Shown: one piece after another, positions 51,690 through 64,000 of the stretch
Numbering within the stretch: the first letter of the stretch is position 1
Layout of the letters: each line of letters opens with the position of its first letter
NCBI RefSeq assembly: GCF_964355755.1
Contig: NC_092678.1
Span: 1,628,422 to 1,692,421 of the forward strand
Direction: 5' to 3'
DNA: 64,000 nucleotides
Origin: Antedon mediterranea
Taxonomy: Eukaryota; Animalia; Echinodermata
Position numbers and translations under genes: made by a program
Notes under the pieces: model-generated
Told to the model about the DNA's origin: nothing
Database searches by the model: none
What the model saw: the letters and a program-made list of their open reading frames with translations, nothing else

Positions 51690-51846
51690 AACTGACGTAC
51701 AACGATAGATTTTTCTATTTATAGCGCGGGGGAAAGCGCCTTTACAACGGCCAATGTTTTGATGCTTCAGACACGGTAACGGCATAAGATTAAAAGTAAG
51801 TCACGTGGAAATATTCATCCGCAGTCACCGCCTTAGCGATCCGCCC
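51690..51846 (-). promoter_or_regulatory. Pim core and proximal promoter
   Basis: Minus strand TATAAATA (51723-51716) lies 30 nt upstream of the A in a TCAGTT initiator (51695-51690). Also CCAAT at 51751, E-box CACGTG at 51802-51807 and GC box CCGCCC at 51841-51846. Confidence 0.75.
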
Positions 51847-54569
51847 ACTCTTACATAAACTATGTTATACAATATTTAAATATTTCATCATAACAAAATA
51901 ACGATATTTATGTGTTTGTAATTATATAATCAATGTAATTTATATCTTTGAAACACTATTTTATTTGTTAACTTAGACTTATAAAGATATTTTAAACGCG
52001 TTTGAAGGAAAGAGTGCAATGAATATGTATTATGTAATTGACCAATTAGAGTCTAGTATCGTTTCTGTTTATTATGATTTTGCGATGTAAACATTGGCGA
52101 TTTCGAGAGTTGTATTAGGAAATGTAGTCACTAGGTAACATATTGATGATTCAATGATTTCAAATTTTTATTATATAATTCCCGATTATGCGTCATATAA
52201 TAATGTAATTTTATTACACATTTTACCATGGAAAATTTTGTGTGATGTAATAATCATAACTGAAAGTAAATATTATGAAAATGCAAAGTTTTATTATCGA
52301 AAATATGCACGCCTTTAATAATTACAAATACGAGAGTTATTATATTATTTAATTTTTGAATAATTTTTGGAATTTTCTTTTTTGTCACTCATATTTTCAG
52401 CATTGAATATAATGCTACATATTAAGGAACGTATTTAAACAAATAATTAATTTTTTAAAAAACCAATGTTAATTAGGTTTAAATGTTCATTTTACACACA
52501 GTTTTTGATACAATACAGTAATAAATTAATGTTATGCAGGCATTATACCAGACGATATGATAATGTACATTGATTAATATTAATTAGATAATTGTCTAAT
52601 AATATATCTCATTAGTATTTTTTGTTAAAGGTATGCTTTTTTTTTAAACTGTACTTCAATCAATGGAAATTCATATTTGTGCTGGTAACGTTAAAATATT
52701 AACATGCCCTTATGTTTGAATTACTGACGGCTATCTTTAGTAACCTCATCACTGCATACCGGCTTCAAAGGGAAAAGTGCATAGTCAAATTCCTTGATTG
52801 GATATTTACCCGACGACTCGCCCACACAATTGTGTAGTTACCATACGTAGTTCCAACGTTCAAATAGCAATATTATGTTAAAAATCTATTAATAACTGTA
52901 TTGAATTTGATTTGTTTGCATTTGTAGGCCTCAGTAATCACAGCTATGCAAAGGTATCATTGTGCGTCACACTCAAGGTCTCGTCCCTACGCTAGAATAT
53001 CGCAAATGGTCACAAACGTTCCATTCATAATTAATATTACATATTATATTAGGCCTAATCGTGATAGGTAGGCTAATCTTAAAAATTGATAATTATAACC
53101 CCGTCAAATCATAGAGGTAAAAAAGAAATTTATTTGTTACCTCCATGGTCAAATTATTTCTTAGTCTTTATTCTGGTTTTTATTTCTTCTTCATCGTGCC
53201 ATTTCAAACAATTTTTTTTTTTTTCTGATTTTAAACATACAGTTGAGTAATAGTTTAATTATGAAAGAGGGCGCACTTGAAAAAAAATAACATTGTAAAT
53301 TCTGCAATTTTTTTTTTATACTTTCGTATACTCAACTCGACCTATCATGAAGACATAGTTTTACGCGCACGTAAGGTCAAGATCTGATAAACACACACGG
53401 GCGTGAACTTTTATAAAGTTACTCTCTGCTATAATTCGCAAGTAATTTTATCATTGATGACCGATAGATAATTTTACCAAAGTCAAATGGAAAAGATTTT
53501 ATGGTGATAGACGGAGTATACCAGCCTAATGTTGGCCTACTATCAATTTTGTTCAGGAACTAAATATCATTATGTAAATAAGTCCAAGTAGGCCTGCTGT
53601 ACCCTATCAATGCGTGTCGGGTAGCTTGGTTCCCATTACGCTGACGCAACACAATGACGTAAAAGTTGTTCCCATTTGAACGCAACGCAATGACGACGTA
53701 CGTACGTACGATCGAACGCGCACCGCCGCAAGTAATTTGATCAATCATGACGCGATGGACCGGATCGAAATACACGCATTATCTAGCTCATTATATAGGC
53801 CTACTCTACTCTACTAATTATATGAGTATATTTGAGTATATTATTAATTACAATATCGTTCTGCTCACATTCTAGTACAAATTTAACATCTATAGTAAGT
53901 AGGCCTATAGTGTTAGCTTAATTACGCTGCATTCTTTGTTTTCTATTTTGATGCGTCGTTTCTACGACAACAGACTAGATGGTATTTCAAAGGTTTGTAG
54001 TACCTGGAGCGAATTGTTTGATTATCTGACAGACAAAACCCACTTTAGACCGCTACATTGATCTTATTCAATACTTTGACGTCACACCAATAGATTTCAA
54101 TAGGCCTCAACTATGACTTGCTTTTTCTGGATTGCATATTTCGTGTACTTGCGGTAACACCCTGGTACACCAATGAGGTCACTAGTGTGTTCCCACACTT
54201 GGTACTGTTGCTTTACTACGCCCAACATAAATATATACCACTCCCAAATTGTGCCCTTGCATTGTCACCATTTTCTATCACACCTCTTCCCTGTCAGAAT
54301 GACGCGCGGTAGACTACCGTACTATACAGGGCGTTGTTATTTTTATTAAGCTGCTGCATTACTAGATTTGAACTGCGCATAACGCACGTACAAATACGTG
54401 TGCGTAAATTGAATGTATGCAATCCTATTACCATGTTTATTAATAGTGCTCAACATAATAATATGATACAGTCTAGCGTGGATGACATACGATGGCACAT
54501 TTCTTAACATTTTCCACAAAATATAAATATAACATGCGAAAGATAATTGTCTCAGCAAGAACATGCTCA

Positions 54570-55000
54570 AGTATTTTTAAGATTTTTTTAAGTGCAACAA
54601 CATTTATTCAATATTTTACAAAGTTTATGGGTTAAGATACACAGAAGCCAAAGTGGCTTGTCTTTGTAGTCCTAAGCATAAACATAAAACATATTATACG
54701 GACGCATTACATTAACAAAAAATGACATTTTGAAACAGAAAAACACAAACACAACAAAGTGATATTAAGCTAAATATTTACAACCCCAATTTTGCAGTAG
54801 CAATAGTAGCTAGCAATGTTTCAAATATCATCTTTTTAATATTGTACTTTAGCATAGGGAGTGAGGTCATGTGATTTTGTTCTAGGGTAGACTGGAGTTT
54901 ATTCCAGTATGTTGGTCTAAAAAAGTATTGAGTCTAAAAACGGTTTCTGTAATAAAATGTGTTACTTCCCTTTATTTCAGTTCCTTGTTAACTTTAACAG
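54570..55000 (-). mobile_element. 5'-truncated CR1/L2-clade LINE remnant (ORF2 C-terminus + 3' UTR)
   Basis: Minus strand translates, with a frameshift, to ..TVFRLNTF../PTYWNKLQSTLEQNHMTSLPMLKYNIKK.., the WN-L..SL..K..IK end motif of CR1/L2 ORF2. A T-rich UTR, AATAAA and an A-rich end follow. Confidence 0.6.
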
Positions 55001-57741
55001 TTCAGATCAAATATATATAAATCCAAGTAGTGTAAAATATCGTGAAATAATCAGTTGTAAGTAGCACCGTCCGTCCGTCCGTTCGTCACATAAGATTTGT
55101 TAGACAAGTATAGGAATCACCCTCCTATCATCTGTGACGTGATGGTGGCGTATAGTATTAGTAGTCGTAATATATTAAAGTTACTCATGGGCTACCACAT
55201 TTTAGTCCTTTATGAACACTTACGAACACAAGTTAGGATGCAAGTTTAAGGGTTGTAAAGTTATGCTGGCATTTTGGGGTCAGGAAACTATCGGTCCTTC
55301 GCCGTCGTCCACAAGCAATTCAAGGGTGACGATTAAGAAAGACAATATGAGAGAATGAGAAGAGAAGGCAAATATAGATAAATATTTATTCCATTTTAAT
55401 TAATAAACATTTTGATTTATAACACTTTTAATTCTTGTCTGATAAATATTTACCCAATGACAATTACAATCCAATCATTTTTTTCTCCAACATTTGGCCT
55501 AGAAACACTTCTTTCTGCTTACTAAAAAAAGTGCATGGTAATTAGTAAATATTAGTCCGTATTTTGTAAATTTACTAAAACCGGATCTTTTAATAATCAC
55601 AGATTGGAATAAAAAACAAAGAATATTTCTTAATTGGGGATTTTCCCTAATCCGGGTCAGTAACAATAAGTACACATTATATGTCTACGTCATCGTGACA
55701 ACAAAATACTGGTATACTGTATTAATAACGCGAAATATTCATAATGGTGTAAAAATACGGTAATGATTAATATAAAATAAAATCGTTTTAACACCTTATT
55801 TGGAAATGGTTTTATTCCAGAAATGAATGATGATTGTAAAGTGTTTATCTTTATTATTTGAAAAAGCATCTCAATATTCTATCGAAATATAATATGAACA
55901 TACATATACCGACATCAGATCTTTGACCATCGGTTCAATTATTTTCTTTCGGTCAAAATCATGTCTTTATATTTTATTCATGTGCGAAATTTGCCTATTC
56001 ATAAAAACATATTGATGAGGTAAAATCCCATTCGTTTTATGAGTGAATTAAAACTTAATAGATAATAGAGTGCGTCGGTCATGGGGGTCTTCCTTGAAAA
56101 TCACAAGACTGATTATAATGGTGTTTACAAATAACGTACCGGTAACGGATTCCCCAAATGTAGGCTAACCTTGAAAATATGCACGTCGAAACTGTTTTAC
56201 GAGTGCACGGAAAAATAAATTGGTACAGTAGGCCTACCTACTGTATATTGACCCGTAATGATTGAACGTAGACGCGGTTTGTGGGGGGTTGGCCTTGTGA
56301 GGAAAGAATAACCCGATTTGTTTACAAATATTAATTTGAATCTCACCAATGGTGACGTAATGAAATATATCTTTTCCGGGTGAACATACTGTTTATAAAT
56401 CTCCAACGTAAACAACATTTTGAAAGAAATTGTACAAATTAATTACAACTGCTTTAAGTTAATTTTATATAAATCTTGTCTATTGAATAAAAAAAAAATC
56501 CCCTATGCTAAAACTGTGACAAAACTCGATGGTAATTTTCTGCGAATAATAGGCCACGTCAATTAGGACTAGGTCTGCAGAGAGTATAACAGCCATCACT
56601 ACGGAGCAAATCGTCATAAAAATGTGAAGCGGCGCTCCTTATATTATTTGAAATATGTTGAATTGAAACATTACTTGGCTGGCAGCCATTAATTGAAATA
56701 AGTAGGCCTATAGGGCAACGGTAACTATTTAGGCTATACAGTGTCGGGACTACTTTTGGCGGCAAACGGCCAACCGGTTACTTGGGAACCATAGTTCACG
56801 GTTTGTTGGTAAACATCTCGTGCTACTACAACTCCACGTGGTGTAGATCGATACGTGATAGTATTTACTGTCGTAGTATCATGAACAAATGTTATAGTTT
56901 AACATAAGGTCAGCAATTTCAACCATTATAACATTCACATATGTAGGCCTAACGAACTTAGTTCGTTTAAATAGGACAATTATGTATGTGTGAAAACAAG
57001 GGGAGAATAATGGAAATACGAAATGATGAACTAACATATTTTCCCCGTGGTTAATTAAGAAGCCTAAATGGTTCAATCTAATCGGTGACATATGGTCATT
57101 GATAAAAGAATAATTTCATGTTTGGATTATTTATGAACTATATAGCATGACAGAGAATATGTATCAATCTGACAACAGGTCACTGAGCTCGCCTTGCCAA
57201 GATAGGAACTCCTAACAATCCTTTGATCTTATGTCTGACTGCGACAAATACCGACAATACTGTACATAAATGTTAATTAAAGGGCGTGGAACTGATGGAG
57301 CTCAGAATCATGTTGTTAGATTGCCTTGTTTAGATTGATGTTATTACTGTATATCACAAAGTGTTAAGATTTATGTATAACAATATTTTATTGGGTGTAA
57401 AATTATGATCCAAAGTTTAAATATATCAATTGCTAATTACAGTGATATTTACGTTTCTTTAAGTGGTGCATTTATTGTTAATAATAACGTCGTGTATCCG
57501 CTGCCCTTCGCGAATAATAGCAATTGTCGTTCGTTCGTTCAATTAGATGCATTTTAGATAATGACCCTCCATTCGACTAATGAAGGATTTTCGTCTTAGC
57601 TTATCACGTTCACATGTATTTGAATTTCATTAGTAACCTTTTACTGCACAATGTCATAATAGTTACAATGTACTGTATAGTAGGCCTAGTACTGTAGTAC
57701 CATATAGTAGGTCTAGTACTGTAGTACCATAGTAGGTCTAG

Positions 57742-58042
57742 CCTCGGTTCTAACTCTGACGCAAACGCAATGGAAGTAAGTTGACCAATCACAAGAGACA
57801 CTTCGGATGATTCATCGCGTCAAGATTGGACAAATGACTTGCGTTGCGCTTATATAAGCGCAACGCAAATCATTTGACTAATCACAAGCGATGGATTATT
57901 TGAATTTTATAGTCTCTTGTGAATTAAAGCTTGGTTCCGCGAGCGGCCAAGCGAGTTGACCAATGACAAGCGATTGTGATTGGTTAAATCATTTACGTTG
58001 TGTTAAGCCCTTGCGTTGCGTCCCTAGTGGAAACCAAGCGTT
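57742..58042. mobile_element. Cluster of palindromic Harbinger-like MITE pieces (AAGCTTGGTTCC / CGCAACGCAA / GACCAATCACAAG family)
   Basis: Repeated TTGACCAATCACAAG and TTGCGTTGCG motifs in both orientations; ends GTGGAAACCAAGC. Related fragments at 53622-53700. Confidence 0.55.
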
Positions 58043-58446
58043 TACTAAAATACTAGGCAATGTTTCAATTCCATAGTGATATTCACTAGATTATGTGTTT
58101 ACCAAGGCAAACAGTACGCTAAATTTTATTTTTACAGATGGCGCTCGACTACAATTTCCTTATTGATTTTTTTTCATGTTGATTGATAAAAAAAAAAATA
58201 AAATGTTTTCTCATAGCTGCGGAACACGGCTCTCGAGAGTTCGTATTAGTCAACAACAAATATGGATTTGACCTTAAATATCAAGCAATTATTAATGTAA
58301 TATTGGCAATGGAACAGGGTTGAATGACATACGAACAAAATGGTTAAATAATGATATCGGTCGTAACAGAACGCCCTCTTCGCATAAAACTGAAACGCGC
58401 GCTCAAAACTGAAGCACGCTTGCGTAAATTGTTCGAGTTAATGTAA

Positions 58447-58606
58447 AACTCTGTCTATACTATCAAACTTTATGTGACAAAAAAGTGTGATGTGCCCAAA
58501 TATGGTAGTGATAAGTGATATGCATAAATCAAAGTAGATATGATTCGACATCACAGTGTCCATGATGGGCACTTCACATATTTTTGTCACATAAAGTTTG
58601 ATAGTG
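58447..58606 (-). mobile_element. MITE family A, diverged copy
   Basis: CTCTGTCTATACTATCAAACTTTATGTGACAAAAA...TTTTTGTCACATAAAGTTTGATAGTG. Confidence 0.75.
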
Positions 58607-60217
58607 ATAAAAGAAACTTGAAACTTATTGTGTGTGTGGGTATATATTGCATAGGTTAATTTGTGACCAACAGTCAGTTAGGAGTTAATATATTTTGTAG
58701 ATAAAATTCTTTGGCTTTATTTTTTACATTAATTTGACCAGGGTGACCGTGTTTTTAATGTTATACTTGTGTTTTGTTTTTGTGTCTGAAGGAATCAGAC
58801 AACAAACGATATTACGGAAGGCTAAGTCTATCAATTCCCGCGCGAGTGTACCAGGATTACTTGAAGTTTTCTAGTGCCTAACTAACCGCAGGCTAGACAA
58901 ATGATTGTTTAAAGTTTTTAAGAACATTAAAGAACCAATGATTATATTATGATTATAATATGATGCCAAAAGTGGAGGTAGTCTATCTATACCATAGGCC
59001 TATACTCTATATAGAAATCAAAGTGTCTAATGTGTAGGCTATAATCTATATAGAAATCATCATTATAGTGTTTGTAAAATGTGTACACCATGGGTTACCT
59101 CCATGCGTAGGGAGGCCTACTGTATTCATACTGTATCTATGCGTACGTAAAACATTTTAATAAATGCGTAACTAGTTAAAATTGTATACAACAAATATTT
59201 ATTATATAAACATTTGTTTTGTGATTAAATCGGTTAGACAGGATTTTAAAGATTTCTGAGTATTTTATACGACGTGACGTCATATTGCTCTGAATTGAAG
59301 CCCATTTCGCTAAATGTTATAATAATGTTTAATAGGGTGCATTAACCGGTGGAAGGACGCGATTTAATATTCATGTACGTCATTTTTTTAAACATGCATA
59401 TTGTTTGTTTGTGTTTAAATCAGACAAGCTATAACTTAAAATGATTTTCCCACAATGAACAGAAAGATACACAAAGAAGTGAACAATGTCGTCTGTTGTG
59501 TTTCCAGTCGTGGTAGCCTAGACCTTCTTATCGCCAGAACCGACAATGTCTCCTTTTAACTTTACTTCTAAAAGATAGATTATGATTTTTATACTATGTA
59601 AGATTAAATAATTATTATGCCAACTTATCACACTGAAAAGGTAGGCCTACATTGTCAAAAGAAGGGCCCCTGAATTTAACACACTGGGCTAAACTGAAGA
59701 GTTACATTATTTCTTTAAACATGGTAAAAAAACGTGCATTAACAAATTGATGGTACAACTTACTTCAACTACTTATAAAAACCAATAGTGGTTGTATATG
59801 CATTATTATTATTATTTTATATATTATTTATATTATTTTATATATTATTATTTTATTTCTGTTAAAGGAAAGTCTTTAAACAGTGATTGGGTTCGCTTTT
59901 GACAATCCTGGCTTTTTGTTTCTTTTTGTATTTTTATGTATTCTGTTGTAATTGGAATGATATTGAATAAATCAAATCAAATTATGACGGATCATCCAGG
60001 ATGTATGCCATTTCATGGATAGAAGAATGGGCTATCCGGGCCAATAGACAACAATATTCTGAAAGTAGAGGCAAAGTTATGAAAAGAATGTTAAAAATCA
60101 TGCTTTGCAATCATGGGGTATTTATCGATGACGTAATAACATCACATGTTTGGCAAGCCCTTAGCCCCTTATCATAATTAGAACAATGTAGTTCCCTCCT
60201 GATAATTACTTCACAGT

Positions 60218-60300
60218 TATGATGATGATGATCTTGAAGAACATGATCATTATCATTATCGTCATAATCATCATCATCATCATCAACAACATCATCAATG
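60218..60300. repeat. (GAT)n/(CAT)n low-complexity tract
   Basis: Direct reading. Confidence 0.8.
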
Positions 60301-61859
60301 TTGAAGATGATCGGTAACATTATACAATTTTTCAAAACGCAACATCGAAATTCGAAAACGTCACAAGCGACTATTAACGTCAATGACGTCATTGCTCGAG
60401 ATCTTGGCTGGACTCCACCATAATTCACGTGACTTGGCAACAACCCACTCACCTATCTTACACTTTGCGTTGTCTTAATCTTACGTAATATTTTCATGTG
60501 ACCGCGTAACACGAACCCTCCAATTAAATATTAATATTCGCTTTAGATTTCTAGTTCATTGCGTTCAATAGAGATGTACGTAGGCCTGCACTTTTAGGAT
60601 ATTTGATATAGGCCTATACCAAATTCATCATCACAGCATCTCTCGGATTTAATCAAATGTTGACGTGTATTATTTTACTTATTTTACTTATTGATTAATC
60701 TGAAGCCTTATTATGGTTGAACTGGAACAGTAGGTCTAATTAACATCCCGGACACATCCTCTTATCCCCTTCACGCCATCGTCATCAACCTCCATTATGC
60801 GCTGCCAATCACCCTCTCCCAACACCTCCGCATTATGTCATACAATAATACACATTGTTATTTAATAAATCAAACAAAAGGCAATTAACATGCATTCAGA
60901 TTACACGTGAAATAAATCACCTGATGCACTTTGATTTGTAAATTTGAGAGGATTACGTCATCGGAACGTGTGAATGGAAGTCATCTCCTAATTATAAAAT
61001 GTCCAGTTATTCTTGTTAATTGTATGTGCTCTTTTTGTAAATTACTGTGTATTAAGATTAATTAGATATAGCTAAATATAGTTCTCTAATGAGCGTTCAT
61101 TGTTATAATTGTAGCAAGGAGGTATAAAAATAGATATATATTTAGTATATTTTTTTACCTCCCTGCGTGTAGCCTGTAGGCCTATGCATTTTTAGTAGGC
61201 CTATTATGTAGAGAAATATCTGTAATAAGCTGAGCTCGGTTTCGTCGCGAGGCGTCACGGAATTCCCTGTTTTTTGACCGAATTATTGTATTGCTTTGAC
61301 AAATAGCCCTATTTATGGTAACAATTAATATCTAACATCATTTTGTTCGAGTAACCCTGGAAGAATTTGTTGAAGAGTAACCATCATCGCTATTTTCTCC
61401 GTAGAGTTAACAAAGGAAAAGGACGACACGCTACTAGATCAAATGCGCTTCACCGCGTAACAGATAACAAAAGTACTTTTGTCACCAGAATTTGAAATAG
61501 GCTGAATGAGCAAATTGATTTTACCGCTTCGTTTTGTACGGCCTTGAGAATCGCTATAATTCAAAATATACACAAGTCACGTCCACGCGATGCTATATTC
61601 GTAGGCCTGATTAAAGCAAACGTCGTTCATAATCTGTATCGATCCACTATGACATAATGATGTTTCTTTTGGCCTTGGGAAACAGCACATTACTCTAATC
61701 ATGTTTTCCATGCTTTTTTCTAACAATCTCGAATTGATTATTATGTGAGTAGGCTACCTTATCTGCGGAGCTCCGCACGAAGTAATACAAATTGCATGAA
61801 TCTATTAAGTATTTATGCATCTACTGTTAATTTTTCATTCCACAAATCTATATCTCCTA

Positions 61860-62165
61860 GCCTCCATCTCACTCAATCCGCCCATTTTATTCCAATTGTC
61901 CATCCCATCCCATTCCAAATGTCCATTCCATCCGTCCTTATTCCATCCACCGTCCGTCCCATTCCATCCGTCCACCACTTTCAACCCTTCTATCTATTTT
62001 TCATCCTCTTATCTCATTCTCTTCCAATCGTTTCTTATTCCATTTACTTGCTATATAACTATGATGAATAATACCAGGGACTCCCTGCTATAAATATTAC
62101 CATGATACTACTATCCCAATCCATCTATTCCCATCACAATTCATCCTTTCCATTCTACTCCTCAT
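61860..62165. repeat. CCAT-rich pyrimidine low-complexity region
   Basis: TCCAT/CCATT/CCGTCC motifs throughout. Confidence 0.7.
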
Positions 62166-62800
62166 CAATTATCGATTTTCAATTGTTTTCCTGACATTGA
62201 AACGTGCTGAACCAATGAAGCGTGAATGTTATGCGCGCGTTACTTTTGTCAACTTTTCCGATGACTTTAATAATTCGTGTAACATAATGTTCTACATATT
62301 ATTAAGGATACTCCATGTTTCATTGTTTCGATGCACAAACAGTTCTAAGGTCAAACTAATTAAGTTATGGTAATAACTATTGTTTTAATTTAATTTATCA
62401 ATGTGCCGCAAACGGAGAAACGGCGTGGTATTCAACGATGATCTATAGTCTTCAATTTATTATTAATTATTTTTTGCTAAAAATGTTGTCATTTCATTTC
62501 ATTTATTGGTGGGCTTAAAGTCACTCCTTAAAACGATTCTTATTTGGAAGAGACTGAATTAGGAATTAACATCAATACATTATATTAAGTATAGTGTGAG
62601 GTTAGTATTATAATATCAGACACAGGCTGTCATGTTCGAAAAGTAACATCACCTTTTGGCGTAATGAAATGTTTATGTAATAATAAAGGCACTAGCGGCC
62701 TTCCATGCATTCACTACAGAACGTGTGGTGGCGGCGTGTTTGTCATCTTTTTGAGAGAATAAATATTGTCTTCTTTATTTAGTACTTTAATTCATACAAA

Positions 62801-62821
62801 ATGAATATTCGGGTAGCTAGG
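62801..62821 (+). CDS. NAA10: N-alpha-acetyltransferase 10 (NatA catalytic subunit) coding exon 1, MNIRVAR
   Basis: CAAAATG start, 21 nt, AGG|GTAAG donor. Matches the human MNIRNAR first coding exon. Confidence 0.9.
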
Positions 62822-63273
62822 GTAAGACCCATATGATCATGATACGGGAAAATGTTTTGTTTTCAACGTGATGGCTATTGTTTGATAGATATTATATTTC
62901 TAGGCCAGGCCCCTCTGCTGGTGGTAGGTTACAATCAACGTTCGCGGGATAGTGACTCCTTTTGTGGGTGGGAATTTACCTTTACAGAAACGGAAAATTG
63001 TGGCTAGGCCTAGCTATTTTCGTTTTGAACAAATTAAATTTAATTCTTAATAATTGCCAAGATGTTTGCATTTTAATAAATTATTTATTATAAAATTTGT
63101 AATATAGGCCCTAACTTAGTATTACTATAATTTATTTATATTTAAAATTATATAGCCCTATATAGGCTAGGCCTATATAATTATATAATATTTCTAAATT
63201 TATTATTTAATTTTAATATTTATTTAGGCCTAATTAATTAATATTACAACATGTTTTTGTTGTTTCTGTTTAG

Positions 63274-63432
<159 letters not shown>

Positions 63433-64000
63433 TAAAGTATCTTTATGGATATGACCAAATATAATCCCAGGGGGCCTAGTTATAAAATGTTACAAAATTA
63501 GAGGAGGGGATTATAATAGAGTTTTCCAAAAGTCTTGTGTCAAATTTGACATAAATTAGGAGATGGGATTATACTTTCGCGAGCATGGGATTATAATCGG
63601 TCATTATACTGTATAATTAAATCAAATGTTGCACTACTGTTGTTTGCCACTTATCTTTACGGTTAAATTTGGCATGATACAGTATTTGACTGAACTTGAC
63701 TCTAGTATTATCTTTAGTTTTTCTTGTTAATTTATGTTGACTGCAATTATTGTATGTGGAAAAAAAATATTTAAAGTATGACCGACTTATAACTGACTAG
63801 TAGAATTGAAGCTACATTTGTACTTTGTTACGGAATGGAAGACGCCACTATTGCGGTAAATTATGAAAAAGGAAAATGTGTACTGGAGCTTAATTTTGTT
63901 TGGCAACCTTGAAATTGATACACATGATTTTGATAATATGGGACAATTAATACTAAAATAAGATTTAATATATATACTGCTATATAAATGATAAAATCCA

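Noticed and set aside
51628-51693. Upstream CUG-initiated long Pim isoform, as in mammalian PIM1L
   Set aside because: There is an in-frame TGA four codons upstream of the ATG, and the predicted 5' UTR is only ~66 nt.
60111-60452. 113-aa ORF with poly-Asp and poly-His
   Set aside because: Arises from (GAT/CAT)n low-complexity sequence; non-ATG start and no recognisable domain.

Overview
AT-rich (roughly one-third GC) eukaryotic genomic DNA from an animal with GT-AG introns. An invertebrate deuterostome such as an echinoderm is my inference, not something the sequence shows. Two protein-coding genes can be reconstructed by hand. One is a complete 5-exon Pim-family Ser/Thr kinase on the minus strand (CDS 51627->49398, 364 aa) with a textbook TATA(-30)/Inr promoter and a motif-rich ~1.1 kb 3' UTR. 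The other is the first two coding exons of NAA10/ARD1 on the plus strand (62801-63431), which the ORF track misses. The rest is non-coding. Bases 1-34 kb are strongly CpG-depleted and packed with MITEs (PIF/Harbinger-, Kolobok-, hAT- and pogo-like), a MetaSINE and many minisatellites. From ~34 kb to ~63 kb the DNA is CpG-rich and dense in CRE sites, and it contains a Helentron-type (HINE/DINE-like) element and LINE remnants. The most unusual observations are a 31-unit minisatellite whose variant unit matches mature let-7 at 17/22 nt, tiny CAT..ATG hairpins with 7-bp target duplications that look like P-element excision footprints, and a large excess of the octamer TAGGCCTA. No prokaryotic features (CRISPR, operons) are present. 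All counts were made by eye.
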